Assembly: GCA_965216315.1 (NCBI GenBank)
Contig: CBDCFN010000015.1
Location: 192,001-256,000 of the forward strand
DNA length: 64,000 bases
From: a bacterium
Lineage (GTDB): Bacteria; UBA10199; 2-02-FULL-50-16; JAJFLM01
Direction: 5' to 3'
The notes beneath the pieces are model-generated. The model did no database searches, was not told where the DNA came from, and saw nothing but the letters and a program-made list of their open reading frames with translations. Shown piece after piece: positions 48,700 through 57,485 of the stretch (positions are counted from its first letter, which is position 1; each line of letters begins with the position of its first letter). The position numbers were made by a program, and so were the translations under genes.

Positions 48700-50163
48700 A
48701 TGGGTGCAAATCGATTGATGGGAGGCGTTGTTTTTGGAGCCTTCCTGATATTTTTTTCATCACAGGTATCCGCTGCGGTTTTCACTGTTACAAATACGGA
48801 TGACGCGGGAGCGGGCTCGCTGCGGCAGGCTATTATTGATGCCGAGACCTCCGGTGGATCCGATGACATTAATTTTGATGTGACAGGGACGATCACACTA
48901 AACAGTGCCTTACCGACCTTGACACAAAGTGTGAGCCTATTGGGGCCCGGTGCCAATCAGCTAACAATTGATGCCAACGGCGCCACGACAAGTGCCCGCA
49001 TTTTTACACTCGATAGCCCCGCTGATGACCAAAGTTTCAACATCTCGGGGCTGACCCTGACCGGGGGACGCTCTGCCGGCGGCCCTAACAGTGATGGTGG
49101 GGCCATCCGCATCGAAAGTGGAGACACACTCGATCTTGCTTTTTGCACCTTCACAAATAATGACACTTCGATCGCAGACCGTAATGGTGGTGCTATTGAC
49201 ATTGACTTTAATGCTACCGTCACAATCGACAGCTGCACGTTCAGCAACAATAATGCAACTGACGGCGGCGCTATTCAAAGTGGTGGGAGTCTCTCGATAA
49301 ACAATAGTACGTTCTCCAGTAACGAAGCCAAGAACACTGGAGGAGGTGGTGCTGTATTGAGTAACGGCGGCGATCTCGTAATCACGAATAGCACATTTAA
49401 TAACAATAAAGCCGAAGGAAGTGCCGGCGCTCTCTATACCAGTGTCAATGCATCTATCAGCAACTCAACCTTTGCGGCAAATGAAGCGGGCCCCACTGAG
49501 GACGGCGGTGCTATCTATATTGTCGCAGGCGCGAATGTCACCATAGACAACGTAACAGTTAGCGGGAACACCGCTGGCTCTGGCGCGGGTATCAGCGCAG
49601 TAACGGGAACCGGTACGATCAAGAATACTATTCTTGCCAATAATACCGGCGGCAACTGCGACGGGGCTGTCGTCTCCGCTGGCAACAATATCGACAGTGG
49701 AACAAGTTGTGGCCTAGGCAGCAGCGGTGACCAGAGCTCGACCGATCCTTTGTTAGCCACTCTGCAAAATAACAGTGGGCCCACTCGGACTATGGCCCTG
49801 CAAGCAGGAAGTCCCGCCATCGATAAGGGATCCTGTACGGATATCGGCGGCAACGATGTATTTCTTGATCAGCGCGGTTCCGAGCGTCCTGCCGGGACAA
49901 CCTGTGACATCGGTGCCTTTGAAGTTTCGGTCTGTGGAGATGACATATTAGGTGCGGATGAAGAATGCGACGACGCCAATACAATCGATACCGACGACTG
50001 CACCGCCGCATGCAAAGACAACATTTGTGGAGACGGGAGCGTCCTCGAAGGCTTTGAAGATTGCGATGACGGCAATACTGACGATGGCGACGGCTGTGAC
50101 AGTACTTGTGTCGATGAAGAAGGGGTCGCCGGCATCGGCGGATGTGCTCTAATCCGCCGCTAG
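48700..50163 (+). CDS. Beta-helix/choice-of-anchor-Q surface protein with Cys-rich repeats and short GGCALIRR tail
   Basis: VTNTDDAGAGSLRQAI, GGAI repeats, DPLLATLQNNSGPTRTMALQAGSPAID..DQRG..CDIGAFE, CGD..ECDD repeats. Confidence 0.88.
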   Translation: MGANRLMGGVVFGAFLIFFSSQVSAAVFTVTNTDDAGAGSLRQAIIDAETSGGSDDINFDVTGTITLNSALPTLTQSVSLLGPGANQLTIDANGATTSARIFTLDSPADDQSFNISGLTLTGGRSAGGPNSDGGAIRIESGDTLDLAFCTFTNNDTSIADRNGGAIDIDFNATVTIDSCTFSNNNATDGGAIQSGGSLSINNSTFSSNEAKNTGGGGAVLSNGGDLVITNSTFNNNKAEGSAGALYTSVNASISNSTFAANEAGPTEDGGAIYIVAGANVTIDNVTVSGNTAGSGAGISAVTGTGTIKNTILANNTGGNCDGAVVSAGNNIDSGTSCGLGSSGDQSSTDPLLATLQNNSGPTRTMALQAGSPAIDKGSCTDIGGNDVFLDQRGSERPAGTTCDIGAFEVSVCGDDILGADEECDDANTIDTDDCTAACKDNICGDGSVLEGFEDCDDGNTDDGDGCDSTCVDEEGVAGIGGCALIRR

Positions 50164-50218
50164 GGCCCTATTTTTTAGTCTTGCATAATGATAGGGAATC
50201 CGGTCAGACTAGGTCACC

Positions 50219-51460
50219 ATGAGCCAACAAGAACCCAAAAAACGTCCGGCGGTTTCAAGCCATTTTGATGACGATGCCTTTGCCCCCGGGCAGATTATCC
50301 GTAAGGGCATGGGGCATAAAGAGGCCATCCAATCCGACTTTGAACGGGATTACCACAGCGATATCATTAGCAAAATAATCGCTAACGATTACATTTACAC
50401 TGAAAAGGATATTACTTTCTATTTGGCCACGGATTTTGGTTTTTGTTACGGCGTCGATCGTTCTTTAGAGCTGGCTCACGAAACAATTAAACACTTTCCG
50501 GACCGGCGTATCTTTCTAACAACTGAAATCATCCATAATCCCTATGCGAATAAAAATTTGCGCAAGCTGGGGGTCCAATTTCTTTCCGGTCAGTACAAAG
50601 CCGAGCTAGGGATCGAAGATGTGACTCGAGAGGACATTGTCATCCTGCCTGCATTTGGCACCGACGTCGCCATGCTGAAAACGCTTAAGACCAAAGGATG
50701 CACGATGGTCGATACTATTTGTGGTTCCGTACTCAATGTCTGGAAGCGCGTCGAAGATTATGCCAGCGACGGATATACATCCATCATTCACGGCAAGTAT
50801 TACCACGAAGAATCGGTAGCGACTTCGTCGCGGGTACTCGAATATAATGGCGGCAAATATCTTCTCGTGCTCGACATGAAAGAAACCGAGTATGTCGCCA
50901 ACTACATCCTGAACGGCGGCAATAAAGCTGAATTTCTTGAAAAGTTTAGCAAGGCGGTTTCACCGGGCTTTGACCCGGATAAAGATCTGGAAAAAATCGG
51001 CCTGGCCAATCAAACAACTATGCTCTCTAGTGAGTCCTTGGCAATTGCTGATTATTTAAAAGATGTCATGATCCAAAAATACGGGGCTGGCAAACTTGCG
51101 GAACACTTCCGCAACTTCGATACGATTTGTTCGGCGACTGAAGACCGTCAACAGGCGATTCTCAAACTGAAAGATGCACCGCTTGATGTCATGATCGTCA
51201 TTGGTGGCTACAACTCTTCGAATACCAACCACTTGTGCAAAATTGCCGGTGAGTATTTTACTAGCTTCCATATTGAATCGGCAGAGTGCATACTATCGGC
51301 TCAGGAAATTCAACATAAGCCTTACGGTCAATGGGAGACGGCAATCACTCAAGACTGGCTCCCTGAAAAACCCTGCCGTATCGGAATCACGGCTGGCGCT
51401 TCAACGCCAAATCAGGTGCTCGGTTCTGCGATTGAAAGGATCTTATCGTTTGATTTTTAA
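50219..51460 (+). CDS. ispH: 4-hydroxy-3-methylbut-2-enyl diphosphate reductase (long form)
   Basis: FGFCYGVDR, EIIHNP, DTIC, NQTTM, DTICSATEDRQ, GGYNSSNT, ITAGASTP. Confidence 0.95.
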   Translation: MSQQEPKKRPAVSSHFDDDAFAPGQIIRKGMGHKEAIQSDFERDYHSDIISKIIANDYIYTEKDITFYLATDFGFCYGVDRSLELAHETIKHFPDRRIFLTTEIIHNPYANKNLRKLGVQFLSGQYKAELGIEDVTREDIVILPAFGTDVAMLKTLKTKGCTMVDTICGSVLNVWKRVEDYASDGYTSIIHGKYYHEESVATSSRVLEYNGGKYLLVLDMKETEYVANYILNGGNKAEFLEKFSKAVSPGFDPDKDLEKIGLANQTTMLSSESLAIADYLKDVMIQKYGAGKLAEHFRNFDTICSATEDRQQAILKLKDAPLDVMIVIGGYNSSNTNHLCKIAGEYFTSFHIESAECILSAQEIQHKPYGQWETAITQDWLPEKPCRIGITAGASTPNQVLGSAIERILSFDF

Positions 51461-51478
51461 TGGAGATAGGGAGGAACT

Positions 51479-52084
51479 ATGAAAAACAGTCATAAAATAA
51501 CCTGCTTAGTTATGGGTATGAGTTTAGTTGCATTCGCGCACTCCGGTCTCGCTAAGGGTACGGAAGTTCCGGAAGACACGTCCCCTTCTGCGTGTTCCGG
51601 ATCGATGAGCAAAGCAGAATGCCACCGCTGGTATGAAATGGTCGAAAAAGAAAATCCCGACGCCTGTGCCGGCTATAAAAAGGGCTCCAGAGAGTGCGGC
51701 GACTGGCATGCCGTCAAAAAATATGTTCCACCACCGCCGCCGCCTAAAGTCGAACCGCTTGTCTTGCACGGCGTAACCTTTGAGCTTGATAGCAGCCAAA
51801 TCCGTCCTGAATCGTATCCTGTGCTTGATGCGAACGTCACCATGCTGCAAAAGCATCCGAATGCCAATGTCGAAGTCGTTGGACATACGGATAGCACCGG
51901 CTCCGAGGCCTATAACCAAAAACTCTCGGAGGCACGCGCCAAGTCGGTCATGAACTACTTCATCAGCAAGGGTGTCTCCGCAAGTCGACTATCGGCGAGC
52001 GGACGCGGGGAAAGCAGTCCGGTAGCTGATAATAAAACGAAGGAAGGGCGCGCACAAAACAGGCGCATCGAACTGCACCGTTAG
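51479..52084 (+). CDS. OmpA-family peptidoglycan-binding protein with Cys-rich N-terminus
   Basis: Signal peptide; GVTFELDS; VGHTDSTGSEAYNQKLSEARA; NRRIE. Confidence 0.9.
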   Translation: MKNSHKITCLVMGMSLVAFAHSGLAKGTEVPEDTSPSACSGSMSKAECHRWYEMVEKENPDACAGYKKGSRECGDWHAVKKYVPPPPPPKVEPLVLHGVTFELDSSQIRPESYPVLDANVTMLQKHPNANVEVVGHTDSTGSEAYNQKLSEARAKSVMNYFISKGVSASRLSASGRGESSPVADNKTKEGRAQNRRIELHR

Positions 52085-52085
52085 A

Positions 52086-53153
52086 CTAAGTCGAAGACGG
52101 GCTGTTCAGGATCAACATCGCATCGCCGAAACTAAACAGTCGGTAATGCTGAGCGACCGCTTCGCGATAGGCGTCCAAGATAAATTCGCGACCGGCAAAT
52201 GCGGAGACCAGCATCAACAAGGTCGACTTGGGCTGATGGAAGTTCGTCAGGATACGGTCCACAACTTGAAACCGGTAGCCCGGATAAATAAATTTCCGCG
52301 TATATCCGGGTCCGGCCTGGAGGGGAGACTGTCCGGTCTCTCCTCCAGGATCCCAGACTGACTCCAAAGTTCGTACTGTTGTCGTCCCTATCGCCGTCAC
52401 CCGTCGCCCTTCTTTTTTGGCACGTTGAATTTTCTCAAGGCTTGCCGCAGGGATCTCATAACTCTCTCCGTGCATTTTATGTGCGGTCACATCATTCGCT
52501 CGGACGGGCTGAAAAGTATCGCGACTCACGTGCAAGATCACTCCCGCGGTCTCACAGCCACGCGCATTGAGATCTGCCAATATCTCGTTCGTAAAATGAA
52601 AACCCGCTGTCGGCGCCGCCGCTGCGGTCCCAGTCTTGGCGTATACCGTCTGGTAGCGTTGCACGTCCTCGTGTTTGGATTCAAAGGGGGCGTCACGTTT
52701 GATGTAAGGCGGTAGTGGTGGAAGACCGGCAGCCGTGATTAAATCAAGTAAGTCCCGTGAAATAGGCGAAAAAATAATCGTCCATTCATCTCCACGACCC
52801 GACAGTCTCCCTTTCAGTTTACCGCTAAATGTAACCTCCACTCCATCTTTCAGTTTATTTGCCGGACGTACCAAGCAGGTCCATTCAGCATCGCGCCGTT
52901 GATCGAGTAAAAGAACTTCCACCTGGCGGCCTGTTTTCGTCTGTCCATACAGGCGTGAAGGCATGACTCTCACTTCGTTGAAGACCAGAAGATCCTCAGG
53001 ACCAAAAAAGCTCGTGAAATCAATGAAGCGCTTGTGTTGCCAACTTTTTTGGAATGGATCGAGGACCATCAGACGAGAAGCACTGCGGTCGGGAAGTGGT
53101 TGCTGCGCAATAAGTTCCTCGGGGAACTCATAATTAAATAATTCGATGTCCAT
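52086..53153 (-). CDS. queA: S-adenosylmethionine:tRNA ribosyltransferase-isomerase
   Basis: PEELIAQ, PLPPYI, RYQTVYA, AAPTAGFHF, TNFHQPKSTLL, FSFGDAM. Confidence 0.97.
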   Translation of the reverse strand: MDIELFNYEFPEELIAQQPLPDRSASRLMVLDPFQKSWQHKRFIDFTSFFGPEDLLVFNEVRVMPSRLYGQTKTGRQVEVLLLDQRRDAEWTCLVRPANKLKDGVEVTFSGKLKGRLSGRGDEWTIIFSPISRDLLDLITAAGLPPLPPYIKRDAPFESKHEDVQRYQTVYAKTGTAAAAPTAGFHFTNEILADLNARGCETAGVILHVSRDTFQPVRANDVTAHKMHGESYEIPAASLEKIQRAKKEGRRVTAIGTTTVRTLESVWDPGGETGQSPLQAGPGYTRKFIYPGYRFQVVDRILTNFHQPKSTLLMLVSAFAGREFILDAYREAVAQHYRLFSFGDAMLILNSPSST

Positions 53154-53156
53154 GGA

Positions 53157-54047
53157 TTAATAGGAACGTTTAATTTCAACGCCCGGATAATAAAAATTCA
53201 ATATCTCACGATACCCTCTACCGCGATCCGCCATTCCGCGTGCGCCCCACTGGCAAAGCCCGACGCCGTGCCCATTACCCGAACCGACAAGTATCAATTG
53301 TTCGTTGAGTTCAAGTATATTGAAATTGGTCGAACGAACCCGACTATAGCCCAAGAGCTGTCGAAAGCGATTGCTGTTAAGCGCAACCGTTTCAGCATCC
53401 GTAATGATGGCAACCTCATGAACGCGTTGGCTGTCCTCGTCGTTGATGGGAATCACATGACTGACTTCACCGCTCGCAAGACGCTGATCTTGAAGCATCA
53501 AGCTGAGTTCCGCTTTGCTCAATTCGATTTCCCAACCCTGATCAGGACACGCACGACAAAAAGGATCGGCCTTCGCCGTATAAAAAGTCAGTTGTTTCGC
53601 CCAGGTCCAGACGTTCGCCGCCTGCTCAGACCGCCCGCCACAACAGCTATGAAAAAAAGCCGGTATTACATTTCCCTGCCACATCAGGGTCTGTCCGCGT
53701 GTCGTCCGCACGGCTGTCACCAGCTTGGAGGGATATTCATCCAGCATGCGGAAGGCCTGGTCATTAACGGATGCCTCCAGATCATAAGCCGCATGCTGCG
53801 GATGGGCCTTGCGGTAAAGTGCGTAGGTACGTGCCGCAATCGCCTGCGCCTTCTGCGCCTCCAGCGGCCATTCCTTAGGAAGCTCCGCGGCCAAGACACC
53901 GAACAAATAGTCATCCATTGCCATTTCAACCACCTGAAGCGGATAGCGCGAGAGTGCCACGCGCACCACCGGCGTCACCCCCGCAAAAGCCGTATTCGCA
54001 AGGATTAACAAACAACAAACGACAAAAATGTGACGAAGACGGAGCAT
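53157..54047 (-). CDS. SpoIID/LytB domain protein
   Basis: YLFGVLAAE..WPLEAQKAQAIAARTYA, FHSCCGG, GNGHGVGLCQWGA. Confidence 0.93.
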   Translation of the reverse strand: MLRLRHIFVVCCLLILANTAFAGVTPVVRVALSRYPLQVVEMAMDDYLFGVLAAELPKEWPLEAQKAQAIAARTYALYRKAHPQHAAYDLEASVNDQAFRMLDEYPSKLVTAVRTTRGQTLMWQGNVIPAFFHSCCGGRSEQAANVWTWAKQLTFYTAKADPFCRACPDQGWEIELSKAELSLMLQDQRLASGEVSHVIPINDEDSQRVHEVAIITDAETVALNSNRFRQLLGYSRVRSTNFNILELNEQLILVGSGNGHGVGLCQWGARGMADRGRGYREILNFYYPGVEIKRSY

Positions 54048-54095
54048 AGAAGTGCCTGAATAGATGCCAAGAATAAGCTGGAATTGCAATTTACA

Positions 54096-54172
54096 GATGG
54101 GGGTTGTCAGGGGGAGCGCGGTATCACCCCCTGACTAGAGCACAATGGAAGCTCAGCTTTCATTGTGCGAAT
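54096..54172 (+). repeat. Repeat family R2, copy A
   Basis: GATGGGGGTTGTCAGGGGGAGCGCGGTATCACCCCCTGACTAGAGCACAATGGAAGCTCAGCTTTCATTGTGCGAAT. Confidence 0.85.
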
Positions 54173-54233
54173 TGACAAGGCGCGTCATTTAGGGTAAAGA
54201 GCTATCCAGTCTTGCCTGGGACAGGAGACTCAG

Positions 54234-55505
54234 ATGAGCTTAAAACACATTCCGATCGGCCCCAAACTCTCTTTGCTGGTCATCTTATTCGTCAGCGGCC
54301 TGACCGCCGGGATCCAGGGACTGATTTATCTCTACCAGCCGGAAATCTTTCAGCTCGTTTCGGCTCCCGTCGCCGTGACCCTATCGGCGGCCCTCTCCGC
54401 GGTCCTCACCGGCATCACCCTTCTCCTCCTGACCCGGCGTCTGGTCGATAAGCCGTTAGAGCGGCAAAATCGCCATCTGATCCTCCTCTATGATATCGCG
54501 CGGCTGTTGAGCGAATCCGTCGCCTCCGAAGATGCCTATCAGGAAATACTCGATATTGTCGGCTGCATGCTGGATTACGACGAACTCGTCCTGTTGCTGC
54601 ACCAACCCCAATCCGATACATTGAAAGTCGCCGCTACTTACGGACTCAAGCATCCCAATGATATCGTCGGTATGGAATTTGCCGCCGGCGAAGGGGTCAC
54701 GGGTGCGGCCATTGCGCAGCGGGCCCCTATCAGTATTCCCAATACCCGCAATGATGAACGCTACCTCTATTACAAGGGCTTGAAGCCGGAAGACGTTTCA
54801 TTCTTAACGGTCCCGTTACTCGACCCAGCGGGCGATAAGGCCATCGGCACGCTTAACGTAAGCCGCCCTGCGGATAAACCTTTTGGACAACATGAACGCG
54901 AAACAGTTCAAGCGGTTTCCAACCTCGTGTCGCTCGCGCTCCGTAATGGAAACCTGTACGGCCGTCTCAAAGAACTGTCCGTGCGTGATGAACTCACAGG
55001 TCTCTACAATAGACGCGATTGCGACAAAACGATTCAACGCGAACTGATTCGCGCCACTCGCTTCAAGCGTCAGTTGTCCGTGTTAATGATCGATATCGAC
55101 CACTTCAAGAAATTCAATGACCGCTATGGCCATCAAGAGGGCGATAAGATGCTCCAAGAATTCGCCGCGCTCTTAAAGGCATCGCTGCGTGACGTCGATT
55201 ATATTTCGCGCTGGGGGGGTGAAGAGTTTTTAGTTATTCTACCAAGTACGGAACCTGAAGGCGCATTAAACGCCGCTGAAAAAATCCGTCGCCGCGTCAG
55301 CCAACATAGCTTTGATAATCTCAAAATCACTTCTGATTTTCAATTTACGGTCTCCATCGGCGTCGCTACCTTTCCCGATGACGGAAAAACTGCCGAAGAG
55401 CTGGTCAGCCGTGCCGATCAAGCCCTATATACGGCCAAGGGCGGTGGTCGTAATCGTGTAATCGTCGCAGGCGCTCACGAGAAAGCCAAACAAAAGGTTG
55501 TATAA
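54234..55505 (+). CDS. Membrane GAF-GGDEF diguanylate cyclase
   Basis: Two TMs, GAF, DELTGLYNRR, DIDHFKKFNDRYGH, RxxD I-site (RDVD), RWGGEEF. Confidence 0.95.
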   Translation: MSLKHIPIGPKLSLLVILFVSGLTAGIQGLIYLYQPEIFQLVSAPVAVTLSAALSAVLTGITLLLLTRRLVDKPLERQNRHLILLYDIARLLSESVASEDAYQEILDIVGCMLDYDELVLLLHQPQSDTLKVAATYGLKHPNDIVGMEFAAGEGVTGAAIAQRAPISIPNTRNDERYLYYKGLKPEDVSFLTVPLLDPAGDKAIGTLNVSRPADKPFGQHERETVQAVSNLVSLALRNGNLYGRLKELSVRDELTGLYNRRDCDKTIQRELIRATRFKRQLSVLMIDIDHFKKFNDRYGHQEGDKMLQEFAALLKASLRDVDYISRWGGEEFLVILPSTEPEGALNAAEKIRRRVSQHSFDNLKITSDFQFTVSIGVATFPDDGKTAEELVSRADQALYTAKGGGRNRVIVAGAHEKAKQKVV

Positions 55506-55508
55506 GAA

Positions 55509-55572
55509 TTATTTCTTTGCGGGAATAGGCATTCCCAATTTCTTCATTACCTGCTGCAGATCCTCCCACACA
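55509..55572 (-). pseudogene. Orphan duplicate of the udg 3' end ([20 protein letters not shown])
   Basis: Copy of 55665-55725; near-identical on the gene-proximal side, diverging towards the stop. Confidence 0.88.
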
Positions 55573-55664
55573 CTATTCATAGGGGCTTGCGTCGCCCCCT
55601 CCGGTCGGCAAAGCCGCCGGAACCTCCCCCTCTCGGACGCTTTGCGTCCTAGGTCGGATCTGCT
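55573..55664 (-). repeat. Three-hairpin element (R3) between the duplicated udg ends
   Basis: Minus strand GGACGC-AAA-GCGTCC; TCCGG-CGGC-TTT-GCCG-A-CCGGA; GGGGC-GACGCAA-GCCCC. Single copy in this window. Confidence 0.6.
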
Positions 55665-56357
55665 TTATTTTTTAGGTATTGGTAAATTCAATTTCTTCAT
55701 GACCTGCTGCAGATCCTCCCACACATCCTTCTTCTTGTATTCGTTACGGAGGAGATAGGCGGGGTGATAGGTGGGCATCATATCAATACCGGCCACCTGG
55801 TGAAACTGGCCCCGCAAACGCGTGATTCCCATTTCGGTTCCAAGTAAAGCCTTCACCGCAACATTCCCAAGGCCAATCAACATCTTCGGGCTAACCGTTG
55901 CAATTTGGCGCAACAAGAAGGGGTAGCACGTCTCTATCTCGGAAGGTTCCGGATTGCGATTATTGGGTGGGCGGCATTTGACGATATTGGCAATGTAGAC
56001 ATCGTCCCGTTTCAGGCCCATCGCCTCAATCATCCGCGTCAACAACTGTCCGGCACGTCCGACAAAAGGTTCGCCCTTTACGTCCTCATCTTGCCCCGGT
56101 CCTTCACCGATAAACATAATATCCGCGTTAGGGCTACCGACTCCAAAAACAATGTTGGTTCGACCACTGCAAAGCTTGCAGCGCTCACAGTCACCTATAT
56201 CTGCTCTAATGTCTTCGAGACTCTCCTTTTTCAACTCATCGCTACTTGATTTTGCGAGCTGATTCGACTGCGGTAAATCGGGAATCCCCAGTTCCGCTTG
56301 ATACTCAAGTTCCGCTTTGAGCTGATTGGCAATTTGCTCTCGCTCACCCATCGCCAA
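55665..56357 (-). CDS. udg: Family-4 uracil-DNA glycosylase
   Basis: [43 protein letters not shown]. Confidence 0.95.
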   Translation of the reverse strand: MAMGEREQIANQLKAELEYQAELGIPDLPQSNQLAKSSSDELKKESLEDIRADIGDCERCKLCSGRTNIVFGVGSPNADIMFIGEGPGQDEDVKGEPFVGRAGQLLTRMIEAMGLKRDDVYIANIVKCRPPNNRNPEPSEIETCYPFLLRQIATVSPKMLIGLGNVAVKALLGTEMGITRLRGQFHQVAGIDMMPTYHPAYLLRNEYKKKDVWEDLQQVMKKLNLPIPKK

Positions 56358-56463
56358 TGATCACTAGGACCATTCACACCCTAGAGTCAACCGGTGCCTC
56401 TCCTGCCACCGCGCTCCCCCGTATAGACCTTGTTATTTGCTCGGAAGCGACTATGATGGTCCC

Positions 56464-57387
56464 ATGTTCCTGCTTATGCTGCTAAGCGGTCTCATCGGCT
56501 CGTTCGTCATTTTGTGTCCCGGTGAGGCTTTTGCCTGGGGACCCATCACTCATCTGGATTTCGCCACCGAAGCCCTGCGCCATACGGCCGCCTATCCGGC
56601 AGCCATACGTAATATCCTCATGGCCTTTCCCAATGATTTCTTATACGGAACGCTGGCCGCCGACATCACCGTCGGCAAAAGCTACGTGGATTACATCTAT
56701 AACTGTCATAATTGGCGCGTGGGCTTTCTACTCCTCAATGAAGCCAAGGATAAACGCCAGCAGGCCTGCGCTTATGGCTACCTGACCCATCTGGCGGCCG
56801 ATATCATCGCCCATAATTTCTTTGTCCCGGCAACAACGATACGCAGCTATTCAACTCGCGCCTTAGGTCATGTTTATTGGGAAATGCGCTTTGATTCACG
56901 CCGCCCTAAACGTACTTGGAATCTCGCCAAAGAGATTTGCAGTGCCGATTTTTCTCATGACGACGAACTCTTTCAACGCATGCTCAAACGGACTCTCTTT
57001 TCTTTCAAAACGAACAAACGCATCTTCAATTCCATTCTTAATTTGCACAAACTGCGCCAATGGCGTGGTGGAATGAAACAACTGGACCGCAAATCAAAGT
57101 GGACTCTCTCGCGAACAGATATCTCACTCTTTCGGGGCATGGCGATAGACTCCGTCGTCACCTTCTTAGAAGATCCCGCTCATGCCCCCTGCACCCGCGT
57201 CGACCCGACAGGAGCTGACAAGCTTCTCTATGCTAAACAAACCTGTCGCCACCTCAAACGCGCCTACAAGCGACGTCTCATTACCGAAACAGAAGCCAAT
57301 GCTTTTACGCGTGAGGCCCAAAACGCCCTCCAGCAGGCCGTCTATGAAGACGTCCCATTGCCGGAAGTGGCTGATATGTTTGAATAA
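56464..57387 (+). CDS. Zinc-dependent phospholipase C family protein
   Basis: AWGPITH, GYLTHLAADIIAHN, GHVYWE. Confidence 0.82.
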   Translation: MFLLMLLSGLIGSFVILCPGEAFAWGPITHLDFATEALRHTAAYPAAIRNILMAFPNDFLYGTLAADITVGKSYVDYIYNCHNWRVGFLLLNEAKDKRQQACAYGYLTHLAADIIAHNFFVPATTIRSYSTRALGHVYWEMRFDSRRPKRTWNLAKEICSADFSHDDELFQRMLKRTLFSFKTNKRIFNSILNLHKLRQWRGGMKQLDRKSKWTLSRTDISLFRGMAIDSVVTFLEDPAHAPCTRVDPTGADKLLYAKQTCRHLKRAYKRRLITETEANAFTREAQNALQQAVYEDVPLPEVADMFE

Positions 57388-57485
57388 AATCCCGCTTCCC
57401 ACAATTAGCAACTTTTTCAGTGACTTGACGAGACTCAGCTGGCTTATCGTTGCTTTCGGTTGAGATTCGGGGAGGGGAGGCTATC

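Noticed and set aside
28457..55725. Diversity-generating retroelement explanation for the duplicated gene ends
   Set aside because: Differences are synonymous and not adenine-specific, and no reverse transcriptase is present in the window.
55498..55758. 86-aa + strand ORF with an internal repeat ([11 protein letters not shown])
   Set aside because: Antisense read-through of the duplicated udg 3' end, not a gene.
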